From: the human T2T-CHM13v2.0 reference genome, Homo sapiens
Assembly (NCBI RefSeq): GCF_009914755.1
Contig: NC_060941.1
DNA: 64,000 bases
Direction: 5' to 3' (one strand)
Every line of letters begins with the position of its first letter. The first letter of the stretch is position 1. Of the stretch, positions 48,311 through 64,000 are shown in pieces. The notes under the pieces were generated by a model. It was not told the origin of the DNA, did no database searches, and worked only from the letters and a program-made list of their open reading frames with translations. The translations under genes were made by a program, and so were the position numbers.

Positions 48311-49131
48311 CAGAATCATTAGGTCATCGGAAGGGGAATTAGCACCGTGGATCTGGAGGGCAGAAAGAAGGCTCATTGGGCAACAGCTTTATCTCTCTGA
48401 GTCTTAGTTCATTTTCAGTAAAATAGGATTAACAAAGCCTTGCTTCATGGGGTGTTGGGAGATTACATGAACTGGACCAGACAAAATGCCCAGTAGCTGG
48501 AGCAGCCACAAATTCCTTCTCCAAACATAGCTATTGATCCATGATTGTTTGATCAGACACATCCCTGGCTGGGTGCTCATTCGCCATTATTTATTTAGGG
48601 CAGGAAAAAGGGAGTGGGAGGAGAGATTGTAAGCACTCTGGGGAATTTTATTTTTTAGCATAAAAGAACAAAGTTTCATTTCTGGGTTCTTCTCTTGGGT
48701 GCATCAATCTCCCCAGGCTGGAAATTTGGGTAAATATCAACCCACTGGACTGGATTTAATTTCTGAGTCTTTTCTGAGCAGGCCACTCCCTGTCCCCAGG
48801 CTCAGTCTCCCCATCTGTAAAGAGTGGGCTTGTTCAACACACTTTTAGACTCTCGAGAGAAATATGATCCCTCTACCTGGAAAATGCCCACTGGCATGAA
48901 ACACCTGATTTTGTGCCCAATTTCAGGTGTCCACAGAACTTCTGAAATCCTCCCATCACCTGAAAAAAGTGATCCTGAGATTTTAGCTGACTTTTTCTGT
49001 TCTGTAATCAGAGGGGACTGTGATTTGGGCCAATTTCTTCCTCATGGGCTTCAGTGGAGTCAGCTGTGGAATGGAACATCAATTCCCACCCCATAGGCAT
49101 GTTGTGAGGTTTCGCTAAGAAACAGCCATAA

Positions 49132-63233
<14,102 letters not shown>

Positions 63234-63862
63234 TGAGCACAAACGTGGGTCACACTGGGCTCTGAGGATGTAAAGATGAATACGTTGCACTTTACCTCAA
63301 GAAGTTCCCAGTCTGAGGTGGGTAGGCGGTGGGAGGAAGGAGGCTATTAAACAGGCAAGCGGCCCCGGCAGGAAGCTACCCAGGTCTCCAGTGGGAGCAC
63401 AGAGGAAGCCCAGCCCACCCCATCCACCCAGGTCTAGATTTCAGAGAGGACAGGATGCCTGACCATGTCTTGAGAGGTGCACTGGCGGGGAGGGGTGGCA
63501 ACAGGAAGGGCAGCCCAGGCAGAGGCAGCGGCCTATGGAGAGTCCATGCAGTGGGGTGTAGGCGGGAAGGGTGTGCGTATGTGTGTTATCCTATTGGCCA
63601 ACAGCTTACAAAATTTGGGTCTAGAGGTGGTTTAGAGTGAATTCTAGGCCTCTAGCCACCCTCCTTATTTACTAATTTATTTTTACTTACTAATTTACTA
63701 CTTAGCTAATCTTTATTGTCAATTACAAGGTACTCTGTTTGGTTTTTAAGATATTATCCCATCAGTCTCTATATTGATTCTATGCAATGAGTGTTCAGTT
63801 TTTAAAATCAACCTTAAAGAACTCTTGAAAGAATAAAAAGAGGAGTAAGTGTCCAGTTTGAG

Positions 63863-64000
63863 GGCCGGGCACCGTGGCTCATGCCTGTAATTCTAGGACT
63901 TTGGGAGGCCAAGGCAGGCGGATCGCTCAAGTCCAGGAGTTTGAGACCAACCTGGGCAACATGGTGAAAGCCCATCTCCACTAAAAGCACAAAAAAATAC
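63863..64000 (+). mobile_element. Alu SINE (cut by the window end)
   Basis: GGCCGGGCACCGTGGCTCATGCC start. Confidence 0.9.

Overview
Human (primate) genomic DNA, recognisable as the gene-dense 17q11.2 cluster: TMEM97 (+, exons 2-3) / IFT20 (-) / TNFAIP1 (+) / POLDIP2 (-) / TMEM199 (+, hosting MIR4723) / SEBOX (-) / VTN (-) / SARM1 (+, exons 1-5; the TIR exons lie beyond the window). Exon boundaries were read by hand from GT-AG sites; exon sums close correctly for every complete gene. Neighbours are head-to-head on shared promoter regions or tail-to-tail with interleaved polyA signals, except VTN-SEBOX, which are tandem. More than 35 Alu copies fill the introns. No prokaryotic-type system (CRISPR, operon, IS) is present. 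The best leads are regulatory and isoform hypotheses: a phase-compatible VTN-SEBOX fusion; a SARM1 overlapping uORF/Met18 switch, upstream open frame and possible TIR-less isoform; near-cognate starts in TNFAIP1; TMEM97 polyA signals encoded by IFT20 codons; a TMEM97 A10 frameshift extension; and a duplicated POLDIP2 intron segment that creates a candidate 21-nt microexon. Gene names come from my recall of the protein sequences; no database search was run.
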